This document shows positions 26,113-34,934 of a stretch of DNA of 64,000 bases, one piece after another. The DNA comes from a virus. The stretch spans positions 96,001-160,000 of the IMG/VR virus record IMGVR_UViG_3300049846_002130, one strand, 5' to 3'. The notes beneath the pieces were generated by a model, which was not told the DNA's origin, ran no database searches, and worked only from the letters and a program-made list of their open reading frames with translations. The stretch's first letter is position 1; each line of letters begins with the position of its first letter. The position numbers and the translations under genes were made by a program.

Positions 26113-26932
26113 GGTTAGGAACCTCTAACGAATAACGATTAGCATATTTAAGTATGCGTTGAGAGACTATATCTAGATGACGAGATATTATCTTATGTCT
26201 TGGTAAGGAGAACATATCTAGTTGTTCTTGAGTTAAGGAAAGCTTACTATCAATAATATCTAAAATAGTTGCATCAGAGACTATTACTGTTTTTAGAATA
26301 GAGTCGTTAAATACAATAGCTACTTGAGCATGAGTAATATCAAAAGAAGCTAGATATCTAATTACATCTTTATAAAAACATTCAGCATCTAAATCTAGTA
26401 CATATTGAGCCGAGAGGGGAATCTGATTGACAACTTTACTAAGTGAGTAAGTGGCCAACCTTTCTATTACATACCCTCGATGTTTAGTAAATCTTGTATA
26501 GGATCTTAATAGGTTGCTTAAGATTACAGCTGCAGGGTTACAATTAACTATTTGTATACCATTTATATATATATTAGGTAAGGTTGGTTGAAAGTTAAAA
26601 TCTATAACCGGAACTTTTGTATACGAGGGAAATGGATTATTAACGACGGAATGCTCTTTTCGAAACTCTTCATAAGCTGGTGAGGCTCTATCTAAATAAA
26701 TATCTAGATCCTGAGTATAAGTATAAGTAGGGCCTAGGCCTAAGCTTAATAAAAGATATGTTAATGCTGCGCCACCACAAATTGCCCACTGTCCAGATTG
26801 ATATTTAGATTTCTGTAGGGTCTCAAATACATTAGAACCTAATATAGCTAATTCTGATTTAATGTTTTCAGGAACCGGATTACAAGAAAATGTTTGCACA
26901 TATTTCTCAATGTCTCCTATTGAGTATTTCAT
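26069..26932 (-). CDS. nucleotidyltransferase, possibly CCA-adding/poly(A) polymerase head domain
   Basis: ICGGA...DLDIY and FDITHAQVAI. Confidence 0.5.
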   Translation of the reverse strand: MKYSIGDIEKYVQTFSCNPVPENIKSELAILGSNVFETLQKSKYQSGQWAICGGAALTYLLLSLGLGPTYTYTQDLDIYLDRASPAYEEFRKEHSVVNNPFPSYTKVPVIDFNFQPTLPNIYINGIQIVNCNPAAVILSNLLRSYTRFTKHRGYVIERLATYSLSKVVNQIPLSAQYVLDLDAECFYKDVIRYLASFDITHAQVAIVFNDSILKTVIVSDATILDIIDSKLSLTQEQLDMFSLPRHKIISRHLDIVSQRILKYANRYSLEVPNHVRALLTTESSNPN

Positions 26933-27126
26933 GAATCCATCTCCTTTCTTCTAGAGTCTAGATAGCCTTGTATGCCTAACCAGAGCATAGTAATCATCAT
27001 CCAGCTATTAGCATCTATATAACGAGTAAAGAGTGCAATAGTAGCAATAGTCCAAGCTATAAATTTCCTACTATTTGCCTTATTAACAAAATTTTCTATG
27101 TGTTGGCAAAGTTTATCAAGTGTCAT
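26929..27126 (-). CDS. small two-TM protein (holin-like)
   Basis: SRKF, then two hydrophobic helices and a basic tail. Confidence 0.45.
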   Translation of the reverse strand: MTLDKLCQHIENFVNKANSRKFIAWTIATIALFTRYIDANSWMMITMLWLGIQGYLDSRRKEMDS

Positions 27127-27143
27127 AAATAATATGAGAGCGC

Positions 27144-27614
27144 CTATTCAGCGCTCTCATCCTCCCATAAAGATGGAATCTGCTGTAAAGCTAGATCCCT
27201 AATTGTACGAATATATTCCTGTATAGCAAGAATATCTTTAACCACATAAATCTTTTCTAAGAAGTCTCGTCCAGATACAGTAGGTATTTGGGAAATCCTC
27301 ATTGCCTTTTTAGTAATGAAGTCATCTTCATCTAAACTCAAGAAGTAATTAAATTCGTTGAGTGTATGATGGGCTTCATATGGACTAACTTCATGTAGCT
27401 TGTTATAGAGTTTAGCTACAAGGGTTGCCATCGGTCCGCAAGGTAAAAGTTTAGTAGTAAGAGTAAAACTACCAATAGCTATTCTTCTAAACAAATCAGC
27501 ATAGGGTAATAGAATTGCAAATAAAGCATCGTCAACATTCTGACTAGTAGCATTATCTAAATCTTTGTTCTCTAGGTTTGGATTATAGGCAATAGCCTCT
27601 GGTTTCAGTTTCAT
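27144..27614 (-). CDS. hypothetical protein
   Basis: ATG with GGAGG SD. Confidence 0.7.
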   Translation of the reverse strand: MKLKPEAIAYNPNLENKDLDNATSQNVDDALFAILLPYADLFRRIAIGSFTLTTKLLPCGPMATLVAKLYNKLHEVSPYEAHHTLNEFNYFLSLDEDDFITKKAMRISQIPTVSGRDFLEKIYVVKDILAIQEYIRTIRDLALQQIPSLWEDESAE

Positions 27615-27703
27615 TATCAGCCTCCAATAAGAATGAGTCTAACAAATTAGGTTAGCTTAGAAAAGACAAACTTTATAGTGCCTGCCACAGGATACTGTCT
27701 AAC

Positions 27704-27776
27704 CCAGTATTGATAGAGTTGAACTATCCACTTATACGTACAAGGTATTAAATGTAATCTTTTCTACATTTAAACT
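27704..27776 (-). pseudogene. degenerate tRNA-Thr(UGU)-like element B
   Basis: ATAC-CTTGTAC-GTAT anticodon arm; GATAG-TTCAACT-CTATC T arm; acceptor only about 4/7 paired. Confidence 0.5.
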
Positions 27777-27791
27777 CAAACTTATTATAGG

Positions 27792-27865
27792 TGGGTAAGG
27801 CATCGAGTTCAACGATGCTTTCTACTAGCTACAAGCTAATCTGGATTGTCTTCTTACACATACCC
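27792..27865 (-). pseudogene. degenerate tRNA-Thr(UGU)-like element A
   Basis: GGGTATG/CTTACCC acceptor; ATTAG-CTTGTAG-CTAGT anticodon arm; GCATCG-TTGAACT-CGATGC T arm; no D stem. Confidence 0.6.
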
Positions 27866-27871
27866 AAGTAA

Positions 27872-27953
27872 TTGGAGAGACTAGATTTGAACTAGTGAAC
27901 CTTTTGGGAACGGTTTTACAGACCGCATGCTTTAGCCTCTTGCATACTCTCCA
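27872..27953 (-). tRNA. tRNA-Tyr(GUA), U1-A72, no encoded CCA
   Basis: Full cloverleaf; GCGGT-CTGTAAA-ACCGT; 13-nt variable arm. Confidence 0.9.
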
Positions 27954-27959
27954 AAAAAA

Positions 27960-28094
27960 CTAGTGTAGATAGATGCTCGGCTCAGCGAATAAACACCTTA
28001 AGTGATCAGACAAAAAGTTAATCATTCTTTTCAGCTTTGCTACAGGATGATCTTCCCAGCTGTAATTTCTTCTACCAACAGCTTTTTACACTAG
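27960..28094 (-). ncRNA. candidate structured RNA of about 135 nt between two tRNAs
   Basis: Ends pair (CTAGTGTA/TACACTAG); internal AGCTGT/ACAGCT and ATCAT/ATGAT stems; no ORF in the track. Confidence 0.4.
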
Positions 28095-28115
28095 AGCCCG
28101 GTACCAGGCTTTTAA

Positions 28116-28189
28116 TGGCCAAGGTAGGAGTCGAACCTACGACGCATAGCTCTTCGGGCTATCGCTCATACCAACTGAGCTACTCGGCC
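28116..28189 (-). tRNA. tRNA-Phe(GAA), C at position 33, no encoded CCA
   Basis: Full 74-nt cloverleaf; ATAGC-CCGAAGA-GCTAT. Confidence 0.9.
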
Positions 28190-28286
28190 TAAGGTGTAGA
28201 TAACAATTTAAACAACTTATTAGTTTAATTCCAATTATAAATGTAAAGTTGTTAGCATTTATCTACAAGATAGATTTATCTAGAAA

Positions 28287-28469
28287 CTAAAAGACTTTTT
28301 TGGCTTTAGTATAAGCAAAACCCTTTTTGCCTATACGAGTAGTAACTTGGCCTTTAGAGTTTAGACCTACTCTCGCACCAGGGATACCAATACTAGTGGA
28401 TATACCTGTTTTACTAATTGTAATGTTTATTGGACCTACTTTGAAGGTCTTAGATGCAGAGAGTTTCAT
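28287..28469 (-). CDS. DUF4236-like small basic protein
   Basis: KTFKVGPINITISKTGISTSIGIPGAR. Confidence 0.7.
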   Translation of the reverse strand: MKLSASKTFKVGPINITISKTGISTSIGIPGARVGLNSKGQVTTRIGKKGFAYTKAKKVF

Positions 28470-28485
28470 TACTCCTCCAATAGTA

Positions 28486-29109
28486 CTAGATTAATCTAGA
28501 GCCTACCTTATTTTCAACTGCAGCAGAACGATCAGCATCTGTAAAGAAGTTGTCGCCACTAACCTTATCTTCAGCCCAGCCATCGATAATATTTAGCAGC
28601 GAATTCAATGCTGCTTCAAAGTTATGAGCTGTGTTGCTCATCTGCAATGTTTTGCCTGGTTTGATACCTAGCTTAGTAGAATATTCGATAGCTTTCTTAT
28701 CTGTACCCATAAAAAGCCAATCCCACCGCAGCGCAGTTTCCATTGTTCGAATACGCTCGCAAATGTTTTTGGCTGTACCAGAATCATAGTGACCATCTTG
28801 TCCATCAGTGAATACGATGGAAAGTACTTTATCTGTAGGCTGAAATCCTGTTGAAGTATTTAAACTATCTAAAAATTTAGATAGTGATCCACAAATATCA
28901 GTATCACTACCGTTTGCTGAATAGCTTCTACGAAGGTCAGCAACAGAAACATATTCGTTTCCAATATAGCCGGAGAAAGTTCTGGCATATAACTGGACAT
29001 CCTTCTTATCTAGTAAAAGCTGTAGCCTATCTAGAAAAGAGCGTAGTGTATGTTTATGGCTTGCCATCGAGCCTGAATCATCTAATAATAATGCTAATTT
29101 CTTTTGCAT
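28486..29109 (-). CDS. von Willebrand factor A domain protein
   Basis: LLDDSGSM (MIDAS), FTDG, WLFMG. Confidence 0.85.
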   Translation of the reverse strand: MQKKLALLLDDSGSMASHKHTLRSFLDRLQLLLDKKDVQLYARTFSGYIGNEYVSVADLRRSYSANGSDTDICGSLSKFLDSLNTSTGFQPTDKVLSIVFTDGQDGHYDSGTAKNICERIRTMETALRWDWLFMGTDKKAIEYSTKLGIKPGKTLQMSNTAHNFEAALNSLLNIIDGWAEDKVSGDNFFTDADRSAAVENKVGSRLI

Positions 29110-29268
29110 GTAAGTCTCCTATGCAATGCCTTCGTTAGAAGGCTTATATTTTAGTACAAAGCCTAGCCAAGGCGACCATTAGGTCGCCTCCCAGCCCCAG
29201 GGTTAGGGACTATATAAACTTATTCATAATTTATCAGGCTGACTATTTTTTTAATATAATTTTTAAAA

Positions 29269-30264
29269 TTACCAGCCCCAATCGCCCATTAAATTACCAA
29301 CACTGTAATCGCTCACCCTCCCCTCAAAGAAATTTTTCAAACTATCTCCACTCATAATCCAGTCTAACCAGGGTAGTGGATTTGTTTCTATTTCATAGTT
29401 TGCTTTAAGGCCAAGCATTTGAAGCCTACGATCAGCAATATATCTTATATATACTTTCATTTCTTCTGGTGTTAGGCCTTCAATTGGTCCCATAGCAAAA
29501 GCTTTATCTATAATAATATCTTCAACTTCTACAGCTTGACGGTACATACTGTAGATATATTTTTTAAATTCATTACTAATAATTTGGGGGTGCTCTTCGC
29601 AGAACTTTTTAAATAGCCAGCTCATGCCTTGTAGATGTAGTGTTTCGTCCCTAATAGACCATTCAACTACAGTGCACATGCCCTTCATCTTACCAAAGCG
29701 TTGGTAGTTCATTAACATGGCAAAGGCACTAAAGAGGCTCATGCCTTCATTGCATACTGTATGAGCTAGCTGATAAGCCATAGTCTTTATTTCTGCTTCT
29801 CTTATAGACGCTTCATTAGGAAAGGCTCCTACAGAATGATAATCAGACATAAGATCTACTTTGTGTTTCATATCTTTATCAGATAAAAAAGCACCGTACT
29901 CAGATTCATCCATACCTAATGTATCGTTTAACAACGCATATGCTCGCTGATGAATTGCTTCGCGAGAAGCGAAGCTCATGAGCATTTGTCGTATCTCATG
30001 ACTTCTAAAGAACGGAATGAATCTGTCACAGTAGTTAGAGGCGACCTGCACATCAGTCTGAGTAAACAGCCGCAGAATTTCCGTTATATGGTTCTTCTCT
30101 GCAGGGGTTAGGATTCCAGTTTTCCATTGTTTAATATCTTCTTGAAGTTCTGCTTCCCATTCACCCCACGCAGCGCGATCTGACTGAATGGCAAAGTCAA
30201 TTGCTTCTGGATATTTAAATGGCTTATATGTTTGGCTATAATGTTCTAAGCTCATAGTTAACAC
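29269..30264 (-). CDS. nrdB: ribonucleotide reductase class Ia, beta subunit
   Basis: REAIH, EGMSLFSAF, RDETLH diiron ligands. Confidence 0.95.
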   Translation of the reverse strand: MLTMSLEHYSQTYKPFKYPEAIDFAIQSDRAAWGEWEAELQEDIKQWKTGILTPAEKNHITEILRLFTQTDVQVASNYCDRFIPFFRSHEIRQMLMSFASREAIHQRAYALLNDTLGMDESEYGAFLSDKDMKHKVDLMSDYHSVGAFPNEASIREAEIKTMAYQLAHTVCNEGMSLFSAFAMLMNYQRFGKMKGMCTVVEWSIRDETLHLQGMSWLFKKFCEEHPQIISNEFKKYIYSMYRQAVEVEDIIIDKAFAMGPIEGLTPEEMKVYIRYIADRRLQMLGLKANYEIETNPLPWLDWIMSGDSLKNFFEGRVSDYSVGNLMGDWGW

Positions 30265-30497
30265 AGTCCACTAACAAGAATAGGCTTGTAACCAACACTT
30301 GTATGAAAAGTACGCAATTCTCCAGAAGGTGCTTTTGCTAACAAACAGAAAGAACCATCTCTTGGATCTATTGATAGACCAACTAATGTCCATGATTGAT
30401 CATATATTTTAAATGTAGTACCTAGTTGCAAGCTTGTTACAAAATTTTGTGTAATTATTTTTTCCATAATTTTTCCTACGCATGGCAAGCCATGCAT
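30258..30497 (-). CDS. hypothetical protein
   Basis: Between nrdA and nrdB; real start probably MEKII. Confidence 0.55.
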   Translation of the reverse strand: MHGLPCVGKIMEKIITQNFVTSLQLGTTFKIYDQSWTLVGLSIDPRDGSFCLLAKAPSGELRTFHTSVGYKPILVSGLC

Positions 30498-32245
30498 TCG
30501 TCTTCATCTTTAGCCATATAATCTTTAAGAGCTACTCGCTGTATTTTATTAGCTACTTTATCAGCCTGAACAGTAGAACTAGTTCTGTAGTAGTACAAGC
30601 CTTTAACCCCAGATTTCCAGGCTTTAAGATGGACCTTATTAACATAAGCCCTATCTACATTTGCTGGAAAGAATAGATTAACTGACTGACCCTGACATAT
30701 ATAATGTTGTCTGTCAGCAGCATGTTGAACTACCCATTCTTGGTTTAGCTCAAAAGCTGTTTTATATATGTGTTTTTCATGCTCATCTAATTCTTGTAAA
30801 TGTTGTACTGACCCATTACTAAGAATAATGGAATTCCATATTTCATCTAATTTGCTACTACTATAACCTTTAGAGATAAGTAGAGCTTCTAGATGCTTGT
30901 TCTTAACTAGCCAACTACCCACACGGGTTCTATGTGTGTAGGCATTAGACTTATTAGGTTCAATACTGGGGCTGGTATTGGCAATGATAGATGTATTGGC
31001 GTTAGGCGCTATAGCTAATAGATGTGCATTACGTCTGCCTGTACCTATTCCACCTGGATACTCTCCACGTTCTAAAGCTAATTGCTTAGTAGATTTAATA
31101 GCTTCCTGTTGAATATGAGAACTCATATTATGATTAACTATAGAAGCTATTGCAGACTCCCATGGAATACCATTCTTTTGTAAATAAGAATGAAATCCCA
31201 TCAGACCTAAGCCTAACGAACGTTCATTTATAGCTGCTTTAATAGCAGAGCTTAGCTCTACAGGGGCATGGCTAATAAAGATATCTATTACATTATCTAG
31301 TAATCTAATAGCATCTTGAACAATTAATGTATCTTTCCAATCATCATAGTGTTCCGCAACTAATGAGCTTAAACAACAGACAGCTGTATAATTGTTGTCT
31401 GTTGGAAGCTCAATCTCAATGCACAGATTTGAACCTCTGATTTTTAGGCCTTGGTCTTTAAGTGTTTGTGGCAATGCTTTATTAGCTGTATCAATAAAGT
31501 GTAAATAAGGCTCTCCAGTTCTAGCTCTGGTTTCTAATATCTTATGCCAAAGCTGACGAGCATTAATTTGTTCTTTAACTTCATTGTTGTGTGGATCAAT
31601 TAAATTAAACAAGGAATCGTTTTGAACACAATGCATAAACTCATCTGTAATATTAATAGCATTGTGTAGATTAAAACACTTTCTGTTTTCGTCACCACCA
31701 GTTGGAACTCTTATATTTAAGAACTCAACAATATCTGGGTGTGATATATCTAGATATGCAGCATAAGAGCCGCGCCGGCTGCCTTTCTGATGGTAGGCAG
31801 TCATATCGGCATCAACTGTTTTTAAGAATGGAATGGGCCCTGGCGACTTCTTGCTAACAGCACGAATGTCAGACCAATGGCCTCCGACACCGCCACCCTT
31901 AACAGAAAGCCAACGTAGCTCAGAGCTATGGCTAATTAAAGAATGGAGATTATCGTCCACATAGGTTAAGTAACAACTAATTGGTAAGCCCTGCCAAGGC
32001 TCACCAGGAGCGGGGGCATTACTAAGAACGGGAGTAGAGAACATAAGCCAGTTCTTGCTTACATAATCATAAATACGTTGTGCAAATTGTAGATCGCCAG
32101 CACAATAGGCAACTGCTGCCCTGGCATACGCTTCTTGTGGAGAAGACTCTGTTGGTAGTAAATAATGTTCTTTTAGGAGAGACATACCAAAATCTGTGAT
32201 AAGACCATCTCTCGATAGATCAATCTCTATCCCGTAAACTTTCAT
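30476..32245 (-). CDS. nrdA: ribonucleotide reductase class Ia, alpha subunit (no ATP cone)
   Basis: STPVL, ISCY, SNLCIE, CCLSS, IAPNA, KGLYY, terminal CMACHA. Confidence 0.95.
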   Translation of the reverse strand: MKVYGIEIDLSRDGLITDFGMSLLKEHYLLPTESSPQEAYARAAVAYCAGDLQFAQRIYDYVSKNWLMFSTPVLSNAPAPGEPWQGLPISCYLTYVDDNLHSLISHSSELRWLSVKGGGVGGHWSDIRAVSKKSPGPIPFLKTVDADMTAYHQKGSRRGSYAAYLDISHPDIVEFLNIRVPTGGDENRKCFNLHNAINITDEFMHCVQNDSLFNLIDPHNNEVKEQINARQLWHKILETRARTGEPYLHFIDTANKALPQTLKDQGLKIRGSNLCIEIELPTDNNYTAVCCLSSLVAEHYDDWKDTLIVQDAIRLLDNVIDIFISHAPVELSSAIKAAINERSLGLGLMGFHSYLQKNGIPWESAIASIVNHNMSSHIQQEAIKSTKQLALERGEYPGGIGTGRRNAHLLAIAPNANTSIIANTSPSIEPNKSNAYTHRTRVGSWLVKNKHLEALLISKGYSSSKLDEIWNSIILSNGSVQHLQELDEHEKHIYKTAFELNQEWVVQHAADRQHYICQGQSVNLFFPANVDRAYVNKVHLKAWKSGVKGLYYYRTSSTVQADKVANKIQRVALKDYMAKDEDECMACHA

Positions 32246-32418
32246 AACTAACTCCTAAAGTTCCTTTTGTGGGACCCATTGCCCAAGGAATGTAGAAGTC
32301 AGTTTATCTAACGGAATAGAGGGAATGTAAGTATTGAAATTATTATATAGTATTTTAAATAAAGGTAGATTATTACATAGCAATTTTACTTTGGTTTATA
32401 GCTTACAGTAAGCTAGAA

Positions 32419-32928
32419 CTAGTTAGATGAACCAAGACAAGCCTCACCCCTTAGAGAATCTTTTGTAAGGGCTTGATATTCAGAGTCACTAACTAATTGT
32501 AGTGGGAGAGTAGGTGTACAGACTAACTGAAAGCAGGTCTTCTCACCAGCTGCAAAAGGATAAGGTCTATCGGAGAGATTAATACAGTTAATAAAGAGTT
32601 CACCTTTATAACCTGGATCTACTACTCCTGCACGAACCTTAAGTGGAGTCTTACGAATAGAACCTCGCTCAAGGATTAGACCCTGGCTATTAGGTGGCAA
32701 AGCTATTTTAATACCAGTTGGTATTAGGGTTCGAGTAGTTTCGAACTCCCATTGGTCACGGAAGACCTCCCTATAAGCCTCTGTTGTTAGTAATGGTGGA
32801 ACAACAAGATCTTTTATACAGTAAAGATCTAACCCAATAGATGTACCTTCATATGCAGGCTGATAGTCTTTAAGATCTATTTTTACTTTTTCTTTAAATT
32901 CTTGTGTAACTGTAAATTTAACTAACAA
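32419..32928 (-). CDS. dut: trimeric dUTPase
   Basis: GLDL, RGS, GVVDPGYKGE, RG...GSS. Confidence 0.88.
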   Translation of the reverse strand: MLVKFTVTQEFKEKVKIDLKDYQPAYEGTSIGLDLYCIKDLVVPPLLTTEAYREVFRDQWEFETTRTLIPTGIKIALPPNSQGLILERGSIRKTPLKVRAGVVDPGYKGELFINCINLSDRPYPFAAGEKTCFQLVCTPTLPLQLVSDSEYQALTKDSLRGEACLGSSN

Positions 32929-33355
32929 TATCTACCTCTATTAAATCAGCTTGTTGTTGATAATAAGCTTTCATATGAGCCTTCCATTTTATTAAATCTT
33001 GCTCATACTTAACTAAGCGCTTATTATACTTGAGTAATTTCTCACTATAAGCTTCTTTATCTTTAACATATTGAATCATCTGTTGATCATAGTTTGGATT
33101 AGAAACTTCTTCTGACTCTATTTTAACGCACCATCGGTTATAATAGTCTTTTGTAATTTTATAACCATGTTCTTTAGCTATATCTTTAAGGTGTTCTAAA
33201 AATTTATCATAACTTCTTCTGATTTCTAAATTAAGAGAACGATAATGAAGGGTAAATAATTCTTCGTTTCTTAGTGTAACAGTTGCTAGTGGTTCAACTG
33301 GAACACTAGGAAGTCTGGGCTTGGTAGGCTTAGGTTTGGGTTCGAACTCTTTCAT
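32918..33355 (-). CDS. hypothetical coiled-coil protein
   Basis: ATG with GGAG SD. Confidence 0.65.
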   Translation of the reverse strand: MKEFEPKPKPTKPRLPSVPVEPLATVTLRNEELFTLHYRSLNLEIRRSYDKFLEHLKDIAKEHGYKITKDYYNRWCVKIESEEVSNPNYDQQMIQYVKDKEAYSEKLLKYNKRLVKYEQDLIKWKAHMKAYYQQQADLIEVDIVS

Positions 33356-33365
33356 TTAATCTCCC

Positions 33366-33407
33366 AAAACATAAAGATACGCCGTTTCTAGCGTATCTTT
33401 ATGTTTT
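33366..33407. terminator. perfect 17-bp hairpin at the 3' end of the TROVE gene
   Basis: aaaacataaagatacgc / gcgtatctttatgtttt. Confidence 0.7.
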
Positions 33408-34785
33408 TAATTGTATCTACTAGAGATGTGCTATCAGAGGCAAATCTAATAACAGCATTAATTAGCTGTGTATTAAGTCCCGACATGTTTAAGGTATTGT
33501 CATCTGAGACGGGGACACAAGGTTTAAATTCTAGATCCCAGAATACAACTTTACCTTTAATTTTACCTTGCTCTCTTAAGTCAGCATATACTTCTTTAAC
33601 AGAGGTACTAGTTTGATTTTCTACCCAGGTTTCATTGTCAGATAAAATAATTGTTAAATCTGTTTCTGGTTGAATAGCTTCCAAAGCAGCAGTTACTCGA
33701 GTGCTACCACCAACAGAGAATAAGGTTCTAATTGAAGTTGAGAATAGTTGCTCTTTAGTTATTGTCTCTTCAATCTCAGTATTAAAGGTAGTTATAGTTG
33801 TTTTATCTGTAGCCATATATCTAGCCAACCACAAAGCTTTGTCAATGTATTGATGCCTATACATACTTGTAGAAACATCAATAAAGATTTGTATATTTAA
33901 ATCTGATGATAAAGCAGGAGTGTACTTTATTGACTCATTAAGAGCTTGCTCAAATACTGGGCTATAATTAATATTGCGCCAAGTAATTACTAAAGATTCA
34001 AGATCTTTACGAAGTGTAGTTGCATCGACATCTAGTAATTTACTATCTGTTAGCTCTTTATTATGACTACTAAACTGATTATAGAATTTTCTAATTTGTG
34101 TCCAAGTGCTTCGTGTAATTAGATCATCCTTTTGCTTATCACTCATTTTGTTCCAATGATTGAGAAGCAAAATGCCCGGAGCATATCTTGGTAGTCTATC
34201 TGTTAACTCACCAGATAAGAACATTTTATATTCATTTAGAAACAATGGATATTCTTTTGTTCTTTTAAATAACCATGAAAAATAATCAACGTGTGTCGAA
34301 GGCGGATTGGGATGTGTAAGAGAAATTAAGTCTTTTAATGTTGGAGTTCCATAATCTTGCGCAAATAAAACTTCTGGTTCTGTCTGTACTAAAAATTCTT
34401 TAATATAGTTTTTAGCTGCAGATCCAAGAGATCTAATACCAATTTCTCCACCTCTAACTAGTTGAACAAACTTTTTAATCATTCCAAGATTGTCTAGTAT
34501 ATATGGGACTGTTTCATTGAATAGCTCTGGCTCTTTTCTTACTAATAGTAAGATAAGAAGAACAATTGGTGTATCCTTCATCCCAGCTTGAGTTCTTGCA
34601 TAGATAGCTGTCTGTGCAATATATTCTGAATCGCATCTATTTGCTGTATCTAATAGCTGCTGTAAATTAGCAGTAGAACGAGTCTTGGAAGTTAAAATAG
34701 CTGTTGTTGCAATTTTTGCTAATAATTCTTCTGGAGTCATTATATCCATAATTCCACCAGCAGAATTTCTTATATGTCCGTCCAT
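33388..34785 (-). CDS. TROVE-domain (Ro60/Rsr-like) RNA-binding protein with C-terminal vWA
   Basis: NSAGG, AIYARTQAGMKDTP, KKFVQLVR.G...SLG, IDVSTSM, GGST, SDNETW. Confidence 0.85.
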   Translation of the reverse strand: MDGHIRNSAGGIMDIMTPEELLAKIATTAILTSKTRSTANLQQLLDTANRCDSEYIAQTAIYARTQAGMKDTPIVLLILLLVRKEPELFNETVPYILDNLGMIKKFVQLVRGGEIGIRSLGSAAKNYIKEFLVQTEPEVLFAQDYGTPTLKDLISLTHPNPPSTHVDYFSWLFKRTKEYPLFLNEYKMFLSGELTDRLPRYAPGILLLNHWNKMSDKQKDDLITRSTWTQIRKFYNQFSSHNKELTDSKLLDVDATTLRKDLESLVITWRNINYSPVFEQALNESIKYTPALSSDLNIQIFIDVSTSMYRHQYIDKALWLARYMATDKTTITTFNTEIEETITKEQLFSTSIRTLFSVGGSTRVTAALEAIQPETDLTIILSDNETWVENQTSTSVKEVYADLREQGKIKGKVVFWDLEFKPCVPVSDDNTLNMSGLNTQLINAVIRFASDSTSLVDTIKNIKIR

Positions 34786-34934
34786 TTGTCCTCCGCTTGC
34801 ATTTGATTAATCAATTAAGTAATATCTTTTTGCTGACTAAATCAACCATGGGGTTGCATTATTAAAGAATGTGGGGTCAGGTCGAAATCATAACAAAGGC
34901 GTCATAAGACGCCTAAATTCGATTGGGAGTTTAA

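Noticed and set aside
28194-28267. Long imperfect AT-rich hairpin upstream of tRNA-Phe
   Set aside because: Very AT-rich, so chance pairing is likely; no promoter or RNA family could be assigned.
34803-34814. FNR box upstream of the TROVE gene
   Set aside because: Spacing is TTGAT-N2-ATCAA, not N4; kept only as an unassigned palindrome.
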